From Candidatus Latescibacterota bacterium (lineage in GTDB: Bacteria; Latescibacterota; UBA2968; UBA8231): a stretch of 64,000 bases of DNA. Both the position numbers and the translations under genes were made by a program. Positions within the stretch are counted from its first letter, which is position 1, and every line of letters starts with the position of its first letter. The stretch spans positions 128,001-192,000 of the forward strand of contig CBDFJF010000002.1 of assembly GCA_965248265.1 (NCBI GenBank), given 5' to 3'. Positions 48,346 to 58,136 of this stretch are shown in pieces. Below the pieces are notes generated by a model. The model had not been told where the DNA came from and did not search any database. It was given only the letters and a program-made list of their open reading frames with translations.

Positions 48346-49506
48346 ATGGCAACTTACAACCTCCGGCGTTTCGCCCAACCCGCGGGCCTCAAGGCCATCG
48401 CGCCGACGCGTCTCTTGAAGTTCCTGGAGCCACACACGTCCTACTTTGCGAGCCGGGGATTGTCGTTGCCATCGCCAAACGCCTCGAACGGTCTGAATTA
48501 CGACCGGCTGGTCGACGTGCTCATGAGTCCGGACACGGACACGCCGAAGGACCTGGTCGATGACCTTTTCTTCGTGCACGAGATGTCCACCGAGGAGTGC
48601 ATGGACCTCCTGCTTGAAGAAGCGGAGACGAACGGCCTCTCATTGGACGGGAAGCCTGACCCCACGGCGGCCGACATCGCAGTTCAGGTCTTCCTCCAGG
48701 ACCGGCGGCTGCTGGAACGCAAGCACGCCGAGCAGTATCTCACCCGGCCGCGGTCGTTCGAGTACTTCCAGACCGAGGTACTGCCGGTTCCCGCATTCAA
48801 ACAACCCTCACGAGAAACGCTGAACGCGCTTGAACACGATCTGGACGACTGGTTCGAAAAGAAGAAGCGTGGCCGGGATTCGCGAGTGTTCATGTATCCG
48901 AAGGGCGATTCGATCTGGTTCCTGGTGCGCCACGGCGATCCGTTCCGACGCGAAGGTAGCCTCGACGGCGGCCAGACCTCTAGCGTGTTCTACCGCCCGG
49001 AGAAGTATGACGTCCTGGCCTATGACCCCGTCCTCGGTGAACTCCGGATGAACGCCTGCAACAAGGGAGAAAAGGAGACCTATCGCAGGGAGTTCGGTCG
49101 CCATCTCTTCGACGACGAGGACTTCTTCCCGGGCACCGGCAAGTACACGCTCGAGCCCCTTCGGCGGGATGGGGCGGCGTCGGTCGTTTGCACGGACGTC
49201 GATGGTATCGACTGGGTCCGGCTCAAGGAAGTTCAGTTCCTGTGGGGTGGCGCGGAGCGGGAAATCGAAATCCGCAAGGCGAACGACATCTTCGCCGCGC
49301 TGGAAGGCAGGGGGCGAAGCATTCCAGGCACGGCGCCGATCCTGCGAGCGGGCTTTCACGTGAAGTTCACGGATGCGAAGAACCCCCGCACGGTGATCAT
49401 TCGCCCCTCGAACATCGCCCAGTACACCAGGGACAGCGACGCCGACGTGGTCGAGGATTGGCTCCAGAAACGGGGCTTCATCGAACAGGATGAAGATGAG
49501 GAGTAG
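48346..49506 (+). CDS. Hypothetical protein (386 aa) co-transcribed with lexA
   Basis: Long ORF, AAGGAG RBS, no recognisable motif. Confidence 0.8.
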   Translation: MATYNLRRFAQPAGLKAIAPTRLLKFLEPHTSYFASRGLSLPSPNASNGLNYDRLVDVLMSPDTDTPKDLVDDLFFVHEMSTEECMDLLLEEAETNGLSLDGKPDPTAADIAVQVFLQDRRLLERKHAEQYLTRPRSFEYFQTEVLPVPAFKQPSRETLNALEHDLDDWFEKKKRGRDSRVFMYPKGDSIWFLVRHGDPFRREGSLDGGQTSSVFYRPEKYDVLAYDPVLGELRMNACNKGEKETYRREFGRHLFDDEDFFPGTGKYTLEPLRRDGAASVVCTDVDGIDWVRLKEVQFLWGGAEREIEIRKANDIFAALEGRGRSIPGTAPILRAGFHVKFTDAKNPRTVIIRPSNIAQYTRDSDADVVEDWLQKRGFIEQDEDEE

Positions 49507-49672
49507 CCCAAGAGGCTTCTGGCCGGCGCTGGAGACCGTGCCCGGCTTGTCGGCCGTGGACGCGGAATGGCGCACACGCTTCGGCGATGAGTACGCGGCA
49601 GCCGAGTCGTTTCTTCGGCCCAACGGCAGGTGGGCCACTTCGCATCCCTGCACGGCTCGTCCCGGCTGCGGG
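49496..49672 (+). pseudogene. N-terminal fragment of a hypothetical gene fused to a primase remnant
   Basis: FWPALE...HPC...GCGC switches abruptly to Toprim-like sequence. Confidence 0.55.
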
Positions 49673-52002
49673 TGCGCGGCCGTCTCGCCCGTCACGGTGC
49701 GTATCCGAGCCGATGACTGGGCGCGCCTCCTACCCAAGCTGAGAGGCGTGAAAACGGTCTACATTTGCCAGGACAACGAGCTCTCCCAGGCCGGCCTGAA
49801 CGGCGCCCTGCAGACCGCGCGCGTGTTGTCCGAACACGAGATTGAAACCCGCTTGGTGGTCTTGCCCCTCGACCCCGCGCAACAGGAGGCCCGTCAGGCG
49901 CTCACGGCGCGCTTCGACCTGGACGCGGCCAAACAGGTCCCAGGGAGCTGGGCCAGCGCCTACACGGGCGCCCTGAGGCGGATGTAGCGGAAGCTCAGCG
50001 TCTGCTCGCGGCCGCCAAGATCGACGTCAACGACTACTTCGTCGCTGGCCATACCCCCCAGGACTTCGAGGCCCTGCTCAGCCAAGCCACCACCCCGCTG
50101 GAAGGCGGCATCGACCGCCTGCCCACCGATACCGATGAAGAAGAGCGCAACCGGCTCTTGGAGCCCATCCTGCGCGAGGTGGCCACGCTGTCCCCGCTGG
50201 AGCAAAACCGCCACCTCAAGCGCGTGCAGGCACGCTTCGGCAAGGACCACTTATCCCTGACTACCCTGCGCGAGCAGGTGAGCGTGGAGAAAAGGGAACG
50301 CAAAGCCCAAGCCCGGCAGCAGAAACACCGCGACCAGGTCCGCGAAAAACACCTTACCGAGGCGCCGGAAGGCTCCTGTCGCGCCCGCATCGAGCAGGTG
50401 CTCATGCAGGCCGCCGAGGGCAGCGGCCCCCCCGACTACGCCCTCCTCGCCGAGGCCGCCTTCGAGTGGTTTGCAGAGCACGGCGCGCAGTTCTTCCACA
50501 CCCGCCACGGCGAGCCCTTCCTGCACTTCGACAACGCCCTCTACTGGATGAACTCGGCCGATCGCGGGCGACGGCGCCAGTACGCCGCCTGGCTCTACCA
50601 CCACACCGGAATGGTGCCGACCTCGCCCAGCGGCCGCACCTTCTTCGAGGTCCTGGCCAGCCTCGCCCTGCTCAAGGGCCAGCGACGCGAGCACTTCTCC
50701 TGGCTCCACACCGATGTCTCGAAGCACACCGTCTATTTCAACCTCAACAACGACGACGACGAGATCGTCAAGATCACCCCCGACGGCTCGCAGAAGATGA
50801 AGCCCATCCGGTTTCTGGGCGATGCCGATCTGGAAGAGGCCGACCGCAAGCTAGTGGAAGTGCTCGTCAACAACATCGCCTGTTCCAATCAAGACCGCTT
50901 TCTCATTCTTTCCTGGTTGTCCTGCTTCCTGCTGATCGACTTCACCGGCACCCGCCCCATGACCCGCTTCGAGGGACCCGCGGGCTCGGGCAAGACCACC
51001 GCCAGCAAGCTCATCTCGACGCTGCTCTACGGTAGCCCGCAGCACAAGAAGGCCACCGACGCGGCCAACTACACCGACGGCTCGCAGAACCCGCTCATCG
51101 CGCTCGACAACATCGAGGCCCGCCAGATGACCGAGGAGCTGACCACCTTCATGCTCACCAGCATCACCGGCATCGCCAAGGAGAAGCGCAAAGGCGGCAC
51201 CGAGACCGTCATCGAGCGCACCAAGTGCCTGCTCAACACCACCGGCATCGAGCCACTGCGGGGCGAGCTCTCCGAGATCCAGTCACGGACCTTCGTGATC
51301 AACTTCGACATCGCCAACCAGGGCAGCGACTGTTTCAGCGAATCGGAGATCATCGCCGACATCCAGAAGCACCGGGACCTGATCCTGTTCTCCCTCATGA
51401 AGAGAACCCGGCAAGTCCTTGCCATGATGCGCGAGGGGCGGCGGACCCAGGCCTTGAAGCTCCTGCACGAGGAGCTCGCCGATCACGACAAGCGGCGCTG
51501 CAACGAGTACCTGAGCCTGATGTACCTGATGCTGCTGGCGGGTTCCTCCGCGGAGGAAATCGAGGCCGGCATGCAGCGGCTGGTGCCCTCCTTCGTCCAG
51601 CAGATCCAATCCATCAACCGAACCAGCCGGGAGACGGCCCGGGATTCCAACCACACGGCGACCGCGCTGTCTACGCTGTTCAAGGCTTGGCGCAACGCCG
51701 TCGAGTCGGACCGGGAGATGGACCCCGACAGCCGCAGGGACACCCACGTGCAGGAGTTCGTCCAAAAGTATCAGGTCGCCTTGAGCGAAGACGAAAAGCT
51801 CGAGAACGTGCTTTCCCGCGATCTCTTCGTGGCCCTGAAGGGCGTCGCCCGGTGGCACAACGTGCGCTTCGACATGGATTCCTCCCGGCAGTTCGCCCAG
51901 CGCCTCGCCAACGATCTCGAGACCCTCGGCGAGGCCGGCTTCGGAATTCAGATCACGAAGAACCGGAACGGCATCAAGCTCTACACGATTCAGAAAACCT
52001 GA
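49673..52002 (+). pseudogene. 5'-truncated, frameshifted Toprim primase / P-loop helicase
   Basis: TVYICQDNE...AG Toprim-like; frame change around 49930-49990 before KIDVNDYF; Walker A GPAGSGKTT and Walker-B-like IALDN. Confidence 0.75.
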
Positions 52003-52034
52003 AGCTGCAACCCGCTCCAATCGGCTTCCATTTC

Positions 52035-52066
52035 AGCCCGCCGGCTCTTTGCCGACGGGCTTTTTT
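52035..52066 (+). terminator. Rho-independent terminator
   Basis: AGCCCGCCGGC-TCTTT-GCCGACGGGCT plus T-tract. Confidence 0.8.
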
Positions 52067-52084
52067 GCGGTCCGGAAGGGCTTT

Positions 52085-52281
52085 GCCGAAAGGTACCTTT
52101 CGGCGCTGTAACCGTCTGAAATGCTTGGAGTTACGCCCAAGCGCCGAAAGTGCCGAAAGATCTGAGAGTCCACCCCCCCTTAGAGAGAAAAAATATCACG
52201 GCTGTTCGGAAGCAGCAGGCGCACGCTAAAAACGCGCCCCGCACGGGGAAGGAATTCCCGAAACCTTTCGGCGCTTTCGGC
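52085..52281. repeat. GCCGAAAG iteron-like array (putative origin)
   Basis: Perfect palindrome GCCGAAAGGTACCTTTCGGC; direct copies at 52143 and 52152; inverted copies at 52265 and 52274. Confidence 0.8.
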
Positions 52282-52328
52282 ATCCTTCTCTCTCTCTCTC
52301 TAACTTATTGAAAGAGAAAGAAATATAA

Positions 52329-53771
52329 GGCTCGTCAGTAGAATTCGTGGGTAAATTGTGGCTCGGGTAGATGGCCAAGCTGATGGAATGAAGCGATTTG
52401 GAGTGCATTGAAGGTGCGGAATCCGAATGCTTTTCTCACCGTCAGATTCCATTTCAGGTTCAAGCCCTCGACGATGCCGTTGTTGAACTGCTTCTTGGCC
52501 CTGAACCAATTGAGGATGAGCTCTCGATGACGACGGAGCATCCTGGCGATGTCTTTCATCGGTTCGATCTTGCTCCTCATCGTGCGGAAACACCAGCGGT
52601 CGAGGAATTTGCCGGCCCAGGCGGGGTAGGTATAGTTCCAGAAGCGCTGGAAGTCTTCCTTCAGTAGATAGGCTTTGACGGTACGCAGGTTCATCTTCAA
52701 GAGCTCGGACAGCTTCAAGCCTTGGGTGTCGCTGAGGTTCTCCTTGCGCTTGAGGAAGCACCAGCGGCTCTTGCACAGGACGGGATCTTGGCCCTCTTCT
52801 TTGAGTCTGCGGGCCTCTTCGGCACGGACTTTGTCGAGGGCCTTGCTGAAGTGCTGCATGATGTGAAAGCGGTCGAGAACGTGTACCGCCGCCGGGAGCC
52901 GCTGGTCGATGACGGTGAGGTAGGCTTTCCAGATATCACTGCAGATGACGGCAATCTGGCCGAGGAAGCTTCTCGGCTCCTGCTCGCCGGCCGCATCTTG
53001 CTTGCGCTGGTGCTCTTGCTCCAGCTCAGTAAAGCCGTCGTCCAGGGTCTTCATCGTCCGCCCTTCGCCCATCCATAACAGGCGGCGGCGGTGGGTGTCG
53101 ATCTGGTACAGCAAGGTCAGATAATGATGGCCTTTCCGATACTGGATTTCATCCACGCCGAGGGCGGTGACCTGGTCGAGACCGCGATGAGCGATGCCAT
53201 ATTCCACCACGTACTGGACGGACTGGTAGATCTTGTCCCAACTGGTGCGGAAGGAGCGGGCTACCTCCGTCCACGACAGCTTCTTGGCCCATTGCGCTAG
53301 GAAGCACCGGTAGATGTCGGTCAGGTGGTGCTTACCCGTGCTCCAGGGGACCTTCTCGACGACCACCCGGCCGCAGGCGTTGCAGGCCACCCGACGCATG
53401 GGATACACCAGAAAGACCGGGAACCCCCAGAGCGGAACGAACTCGAACCGCCGTGCATCGGTGGCCGTGTCATAGGTGGGTGACAACTGACCGCAGCCGC
53501 TGCACTCCGCCCTGGAGTTCTTTCGGGGCCGGAGGCTCACCATAATCCTTCCGTGTTCGTCAAAATGACTGCCCTCAAACACAAAACGCTTGAACTTCGT
53601 GCATCGGTTCAGTACTGTGATCAGGCGCATCATTCCCTCCAAGGTAGGTCGGGATCGGTCTTGGTCGATTGTCCCAACATACCGGGAATGATGCGCCTGT
53701 GCTATCCTCGGTCTCCTCTATGCCCGTGGGCGCAGCCGGGCTCTTTCACCCACAGATTCTCCGGAGGAGCC
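52329..53771 (-). mobile_element. ISL3-family insertion sequence
   Basis: Imperfect terminal IRs GGCTCGTCAGTAGAATTCGTGGGTAAA / GGCTCCTCCGGAGAATCTGTGGGTGAA enclosing the transposase; no target duplication. Confidence 0.9.
52335..53642 (-). CDS. ISL3 transposase
   Basis: CSGCG...C..CG zinc finger, LGVDE, SDIW..Y, LDRFH, EGLN...FGFR. Confidence 0.93.
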   Translation of the reverse strand: MEGMMRLITVLNRCTKFKRFVFEGSHFDEHGRIMVSLRPRKNSRAECSGCGQLSPTYDTATDARRFEFVPLWGFPVFLVYPMRRVACNACGRVVVEKVPWSTGKHHLTDIYRCFLAQWAKKLSWTEVARSFRTSWDKIYQSVQYVVEYGIAHRGLDQVTALGVDEIQYRKGHHYLTLLYQIDTHRRRLLWMGEGRTMKTLDDGFTELEQEHQRKQDAAGEQEPRSFLGQIAVICSDIWKAYLTVIDQRLPAAVHVLDRFHIMQHFSKALDKVRAEEARRLKEEGQDPVLCKSRWCFLKRKENLSDTQGLKLSELLKMNLRTVKAYLLKEDFQRFWNYTYPAWAGKFLDRWCFRTMRSKIEPMKDIARMLRRHRELILNWFRAKKQFNNGIVEGLNLKWNLTVRKAFGFRTFNALQIASFHQLGHLPEPQFTHEFY

Positions 53772-53789
53772 TCAGGAGAGGCGTGAGGA

Positions 53790-54542
53790 ATGACCGACAA
53801 CGCCGGGGCCTCGCAGGCCGTCATCCAGGCTTTCTTTCGCCTCCAGCTCGTCGAGGCCATGGACGGGACCTTGTTCCGGCGGCTCTGTGAGCGATGGACT
53901 ACGGAGTCGCGCGGCCCTCCTGGCCCGAGGACGCGGAGAGCCGGGCCGCTCGCCTAGCCGCCCTGCCCCGGGAGCTGGCCGCTGAAATGGAGGAGTTGAT
54001 GCGTTATCCGGCCGAATCGGCCGGCCAACTCATGGATACCTCGGTGACCGTCTTCAGCGCCGAGGAGACCGCGAGGAGGCCCTCGCCCGCATCCGCTCCT
54101 CGCCCCCCGCGGCGCATCCACGACCTGTGCGTGGTCAACTCCGACGGGCGGCTGATCGCGGTGCTCCCGCTCCAGGAAGTGGTGGAACTGTTGGAGTACC
54201 ACAAACTGGCCTCCCTGCCCGTGGTTAGTTTTGAGGGTCGGCTGCGAGGGATCATCCGGCACGACGCCTTGGTGGAGGCCGCCCAGCAGGAGGCCAGCGA
54301 AAACCTGCAGACGATGGTCGAAGCGGGCCGGGAGGAACACGCCCTGTTGGGGCCGGTGCTGGCCGTGCGCAAGCGGCTGCCCTGGCTACAGGTCACAATC
54401 TGGCCACGGCCTTTCTAGCCGCTTCGGTGGTGGCCCTTTTCGAGGGTACCATAGCCCAGTTCACGGCTCTGGCCGTCTTTTTGCCGGTAGTCGCCGGCCA
54501 ATCTGGCAATACCGGAGCTCAGGCTCTGGCCGTGACCATGCG
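53790..54542 (+). pseudogene. mgtE: MgtE magnesium transporter remnant
   Basis: YPAESAGQLM, CBS pieces, RKRLPWL, then frameshifted [25 protein letters not shown]; internally deleted and truncated. Confidence 0.85.
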
Positions 54543-54599
54543 TACGAGTTGAGATCCCGTCCGATCTTCAAGGGCAAGAAATGCAATTACCAGGTCTCT

Positions 54600-54725
54600 G
54601 TCACGGCGGGCAGCGTCGCTGGTTGGATTCCTCGAAGAGTCGGTTACCCTCGGCAGCATCATACATACCGACGGTTGGGGCGGCTACCGTCCCCTCGCGA
54701 CCACGGGCTATGACCACAGGCGCAG
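54600..54725 (+). pseudogene. Short IS1595-family transposase fragment
   Basis: Manual translation FLEESVTLGSIIHTDGWGGY. Confidence 0.6.
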
Positions 54726-54864
54726 GACGCAAGGACGGGCGACGAACCGATGGCGGCCTTTCAGTCGCCCCTCGGACTCACCAGCCAGCACGAACAGACC
54801 ACATATATCATGTTGTATGGTTGTATGATGGTGAACAAACCGAATAGGCCCAAGTCCTTCTTAG

Positions 54865-55130
54865 GTCGAAAATCTCTGGAGGATTACAAACAACGCTGGG
54901 ATTGAAGTGCTTTTCGCAGCCCTGAAAAGCCGTGGCTTCGATCTGGAGCAAAACCATCTCATTCACATCGAACGCATCGAAAAACTCATCGCAACTTTTG
55001 GCTATTGCCTTTACTTGGGCCCATCTTGTGAGGGAGTGGATCGCTCAAACCCAACCGCTCAAGATCAAAAAACACGGACGCAAAGAGAAAAGACGGGTTG
55101 GATCGTCTGCAGTATGTGTTGCTCCTGGAT
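54865..55130 (+). pseudogene. IS4-like transposase C-terminal fragment
   Basis: YKQRW-IEVLFAALKSRGFDLE and LLAIAFTWAH...IKKHGR across frameshifts. Confidence 0.75.
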
Positions 55131-55241
55131 CCTTTATAGGCAAGGTCAAATTAAGAGGCAAGGTCAAATTAAGGCTTGTCGTGTCCTGCATCTATATTGT
55201 AATTTATCAGATCGAGAGATTGACTGAACCATGGAGGGTCT

Positions 55242-57965
55242 GTGCAAAGGAGAATAGATACAAACATAGCATCATTCCCGGCCAGTTTGATACGCCCATT
55301 CGGGACGACTGTCCTGAGTCTCGTCCTTGTCGGTTCGCTCCTCGTCGGGAAGGCAGCATGGTCTGAGGAGGCTGAAGAATCAGAGACGGTTGCAGAAGAA
55401 ACCGCCTTTCAGGAAGAGGCTACCGGCAAGGGAGGGGCTGACACCACCGTCGTCTACACCCTCGAAGAAATAGTGGTCGTCGGGTCTCGGCATGCACCGC
55501 GCTCTGTGAAGGAATCGGCCGCGCCCGTGGACGTGCTGCATGCGGCAGAGCTGCGCACCCAGGCCGCCGTCGATATGGATGACATCCTGCGCAATCTGGT
55601 CCCGTCGTACAATATCCAGAAACACGGCATTGACGACGAAGCGACCCTGGTGCGCCCCGCCACCCTCCGGGGCCTGCCGCCGGACAACCTGCTGGTGCTG
55701 GTCGATGGCAAGCGCCGCCATCGCTCCGGCGTGATCGCGCTGCTGGGCAGTTCGCTCAATGCGGGCTCGCAGGGACCCGATCTGAGCGTGATTCCGATCA
55801 TTGCCATCGAGCAGATGGAGATTCTCCGCGACGGGGCCGCGGCGCAGTACGGCTCCGACGCCATCGCCGGCGTGCTGAACATGAGACTGCGCAACGCCGC
55901 CCAAGGAGTGTTGCTGGAGATACGCGGTGGCCAGTACTTCGAGGGCGACGGCCGCCTCACCCAGGCCGCCGCCAACGTCGGTCTGCCGCTGACCCAGGAC
56001 GGGTTCTTCAACTTCAGCCTCGAGTACCGCCAGCTCGATCCGACCATACGTAGCGGCACCCGCGCCAATGCCGCGACCCTGAGCGAGCGAGGCTATCCCG
56101 TCGAAGACCCGGCGCAGATCTGGGGCAGCCCCGACGTCGACGGCGCCTGGAACACCTTCTTCAACGCCGGGGTCGATCTCGGCAACGGGGCTGAAGCCTA
56201 CGGCTTTGGCGGCTGGGCCAAGCGCCAGACCGAGGGGGGATTCTTCTTCCGCGCTCCGGGCACCTCCTCGGCGCGCGGCGGCGTCTTTCGCGTCGGCAAT
56301 GAACGGGCTGTCGCCGATCTCGACCTCGACGACGACATCGACCCCTCGACCGTGGACGTGCCCTCCCTGGACGCCAGCTTCGAGGAGGTCCAGGCTTTCG
56401 TCGACCGCTACCAGGGCGATCTATTCCTCTTCAACGAGCGCTTTCCCGGCGGGTTCACGCCGCGCTTCGGCGCCGACATCCGCGATCTGAGTCTGGTGGC
56501 CGGGCTGCGCGGCCAACGGGACAGCGGCCTCAAGTGGGACGCCAGCGTCAGCGCCGCCCGCAGCAACATCGAGTTCTTCATCTTCAACACCATCAACGCC
56601 TCGCTGGGGCCGGCTACGTCGACCTCGTTCCGCCCGCGCGACTACATCCAGACCGAAGTAGCGGCCGACCTCGACTTCTCCTACGCCGTGGGGGTGGGCG
56701 CCCTGGCCTCGCCCCTCGACGTCGCCTGGGGCGCGGAATGGCGCCAGGAGACCTTCGAGTCGGTGGCCGGCGATCTGGCCTCGTACCAGGCCGGCCCTTT
56801 CTCCGATCAGGGCTTCAGCATCGGTTCCAACGGCTACCAGGGGCTACATCCGAGGAACGCCGGCAAGTGGAGTCGCCCGAACTATGCCCTCTACCTGGAT
56901 ATACAGGCGGATGTGGCACCGCCGCTACAGCTGGGCCTGGCGGTGCGTTACGAGGACTTCTACAAGGACTTCGGCAATACCCTCAACGGCAAGCTCTCGG
57001 CCCTGTGGCGGGCTACCGACCGGGTCACCCTGCGCTCGACGGCCAACACCGGCTTCCGCGCCCCATCGCCCGGCCCGGCCAACTTCACCGCCGTGACCAC
57101 CAGCTTCTCCGGCCTCGGCGGTCTGACCGAACAGGGGCAGGTGCCGCCCACCCATCCCATCGCCGCGGCCCTGGGCGGCGTGGCGCTCACCGAGGAGGAG
57201 TCCGTGGGCTTCTCGGTCGGCACCGCCGTGGAACTCACCGACGAACTCGAGCTAACCCTCGACTACTTCGACATCTCCGTCAAGGACCGCATCTCCCTGA
57301 CCGGGAACATCGAGATTACGGAGGAGATCTCCCGGCTGATCCAGGAGAAGGAGGCCCTGAAGGGGGTCAGCGTTCTCCAGGAAATCAAGTTCTTCTCCAA
57401 CGACTTCGACACCGGCACCCGGGGCATCGACCTGGTGCTGTCCTGGAGGCGGGTCTGGGACAGCCAGTCCTTGTCAACCGTCGACTTCGCCTGGAACTGG
57501 ACCACCACCAACCTCGATGGCTTTTCGCAGGTGCGGCGAGTCACCGAGTTCCTCGGTACGTCCTTGGACGAGCCGATCGACGTCAGCCTGTTGACGCGCC
57601 GGCGCCAGGTGGAACTGGAGCAGATGAACCCCGAGCACCGCCTGGTGCTCACCGGCCGCCATCAGTTGGGTTCCTGGAACGCCATGCTGCGGCCCAGCTA
57701 TTTCGGCGACTGGAAGGCCTGCCGCTTCCAGGCCAATAGCTGTGGCGACCTCGATTCCTTCGACGGGAGCGTCATCGTCGACGCCGAAGCCGGCTACGCC
57801 ATAAACGAGCGCTACCGGTTGGGGTTGGGGGTGCAGAATATGTTCGACTCAGCGCCCGATGCCGCCCCCGAGGAGACGGCGGGCCAGGGCAATCTGCGCC
57901 CGGCGAGCACCCCCTGGGATTACAACGGCGCCTTCTGGTACACGCGCTTGTTTGTGGAATTTTAG
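55242..57965 (+). CDS. TonB-dependent receptor; start may be TTG 55287
   Basis: Signal peptide, LEEIVVVGSR TonB box, LVLVDGKR, EILRDGAAAQYGSDAIAGV plug, NMFD, terminal F. Confidence 0.93.
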   Translation: MQRRIDTNIASFPASLIRPFGTTVLSLVLVGSLLVGKAAWSEEAEESETVAEETAFQEEATGKGGADTTVVYTLEEIVVVGSRHAPRSVKESAAPVDVLHAAELRTQAAVDMDDILRNLVPSYNIQKHGIDDEATLVRPATLRGLPPDNLLVLVDGKRRHRSGVIALLGSSLNAGSQGPDLSVIPIIAIEQMEILRDGAAAQYGSDAIAGVLNMRLRNAAQGVLLEIRGGQYFEGDGRLTQAAANVGLPLTQDGFFNFSLEYRQLDPTIRSGTRANAATLSERGYPVEDPAQIWGSPDVDGAWNTFFNAGVDLGNGAEAYGFGGWAKRQTEGGFFFRAPGTSSARGGVFRVGNERAVADLDLDDDIDPSTVDVPSLDASFEEVQAFVDRYQGDLFLFNERFPGGFTPRFGADIRDLSLVAGLRGQRDSGLKWDASVSAARSNIEFFIFNTINASLGPATSTSFRPRDYIQTEVAADLDFSYAVGVGALASPLDVAWGAEWRQETFESVAGDLASYQAGPFSDQGFSIGSNGYQGLHPRNAGKWSRPNYALYLDIQADVAPPLQLGLAVRYEDFYKDFGNTLNGKLSALWRATDRVTLRSTANTGFRAPSPGPANFTAVTTSFSGLGGLTEQGQVPPTHPIAAALGGVALTEEESVGFSVGTAVELTDELELTLDYFDISVKDRISLTGNIEITEEISRLIQEKEALKGVSVLQEIKFFSNDFDTGTRGIDLVLSWRRVWDSQSLSTVDFAWNWTTTNLDGFSQVRRVTEFLGTSLDEPIDVSLLTRRRQVELEQMNPEHRLVLTGRHQLGSWNAMLRPSYFGDWKACRFQANSCGDLDSFDGSVIVDAEAGYAINERYRLGLGVQNMFDSAPDAAPEETAGQGNLRPASTPWDYNGAFWYTRLFVEF

Positions 57966-58136
57966 GGTGGAATTGGAAAGCTGCGGGGTCGCCGTGGGAT
58001 GGTGGGCACAGTATCGGTGCCCATGTATTGGCCAGGAAGTGGAAAGTGTCTGAAGGGGAAATCAGGGGGTGGGGATGCCGCTTCGCTAGGCGCGGACCTG
58101 CACGTGGGATCGGTGGTCCAGGCTACGCATCCGGAG

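Noticed and set aside
52286-52300. (TC)n tract as a phase-variation switch
   Set aside because: Not in a gene or evident promoter; it lies within the putative origin region.
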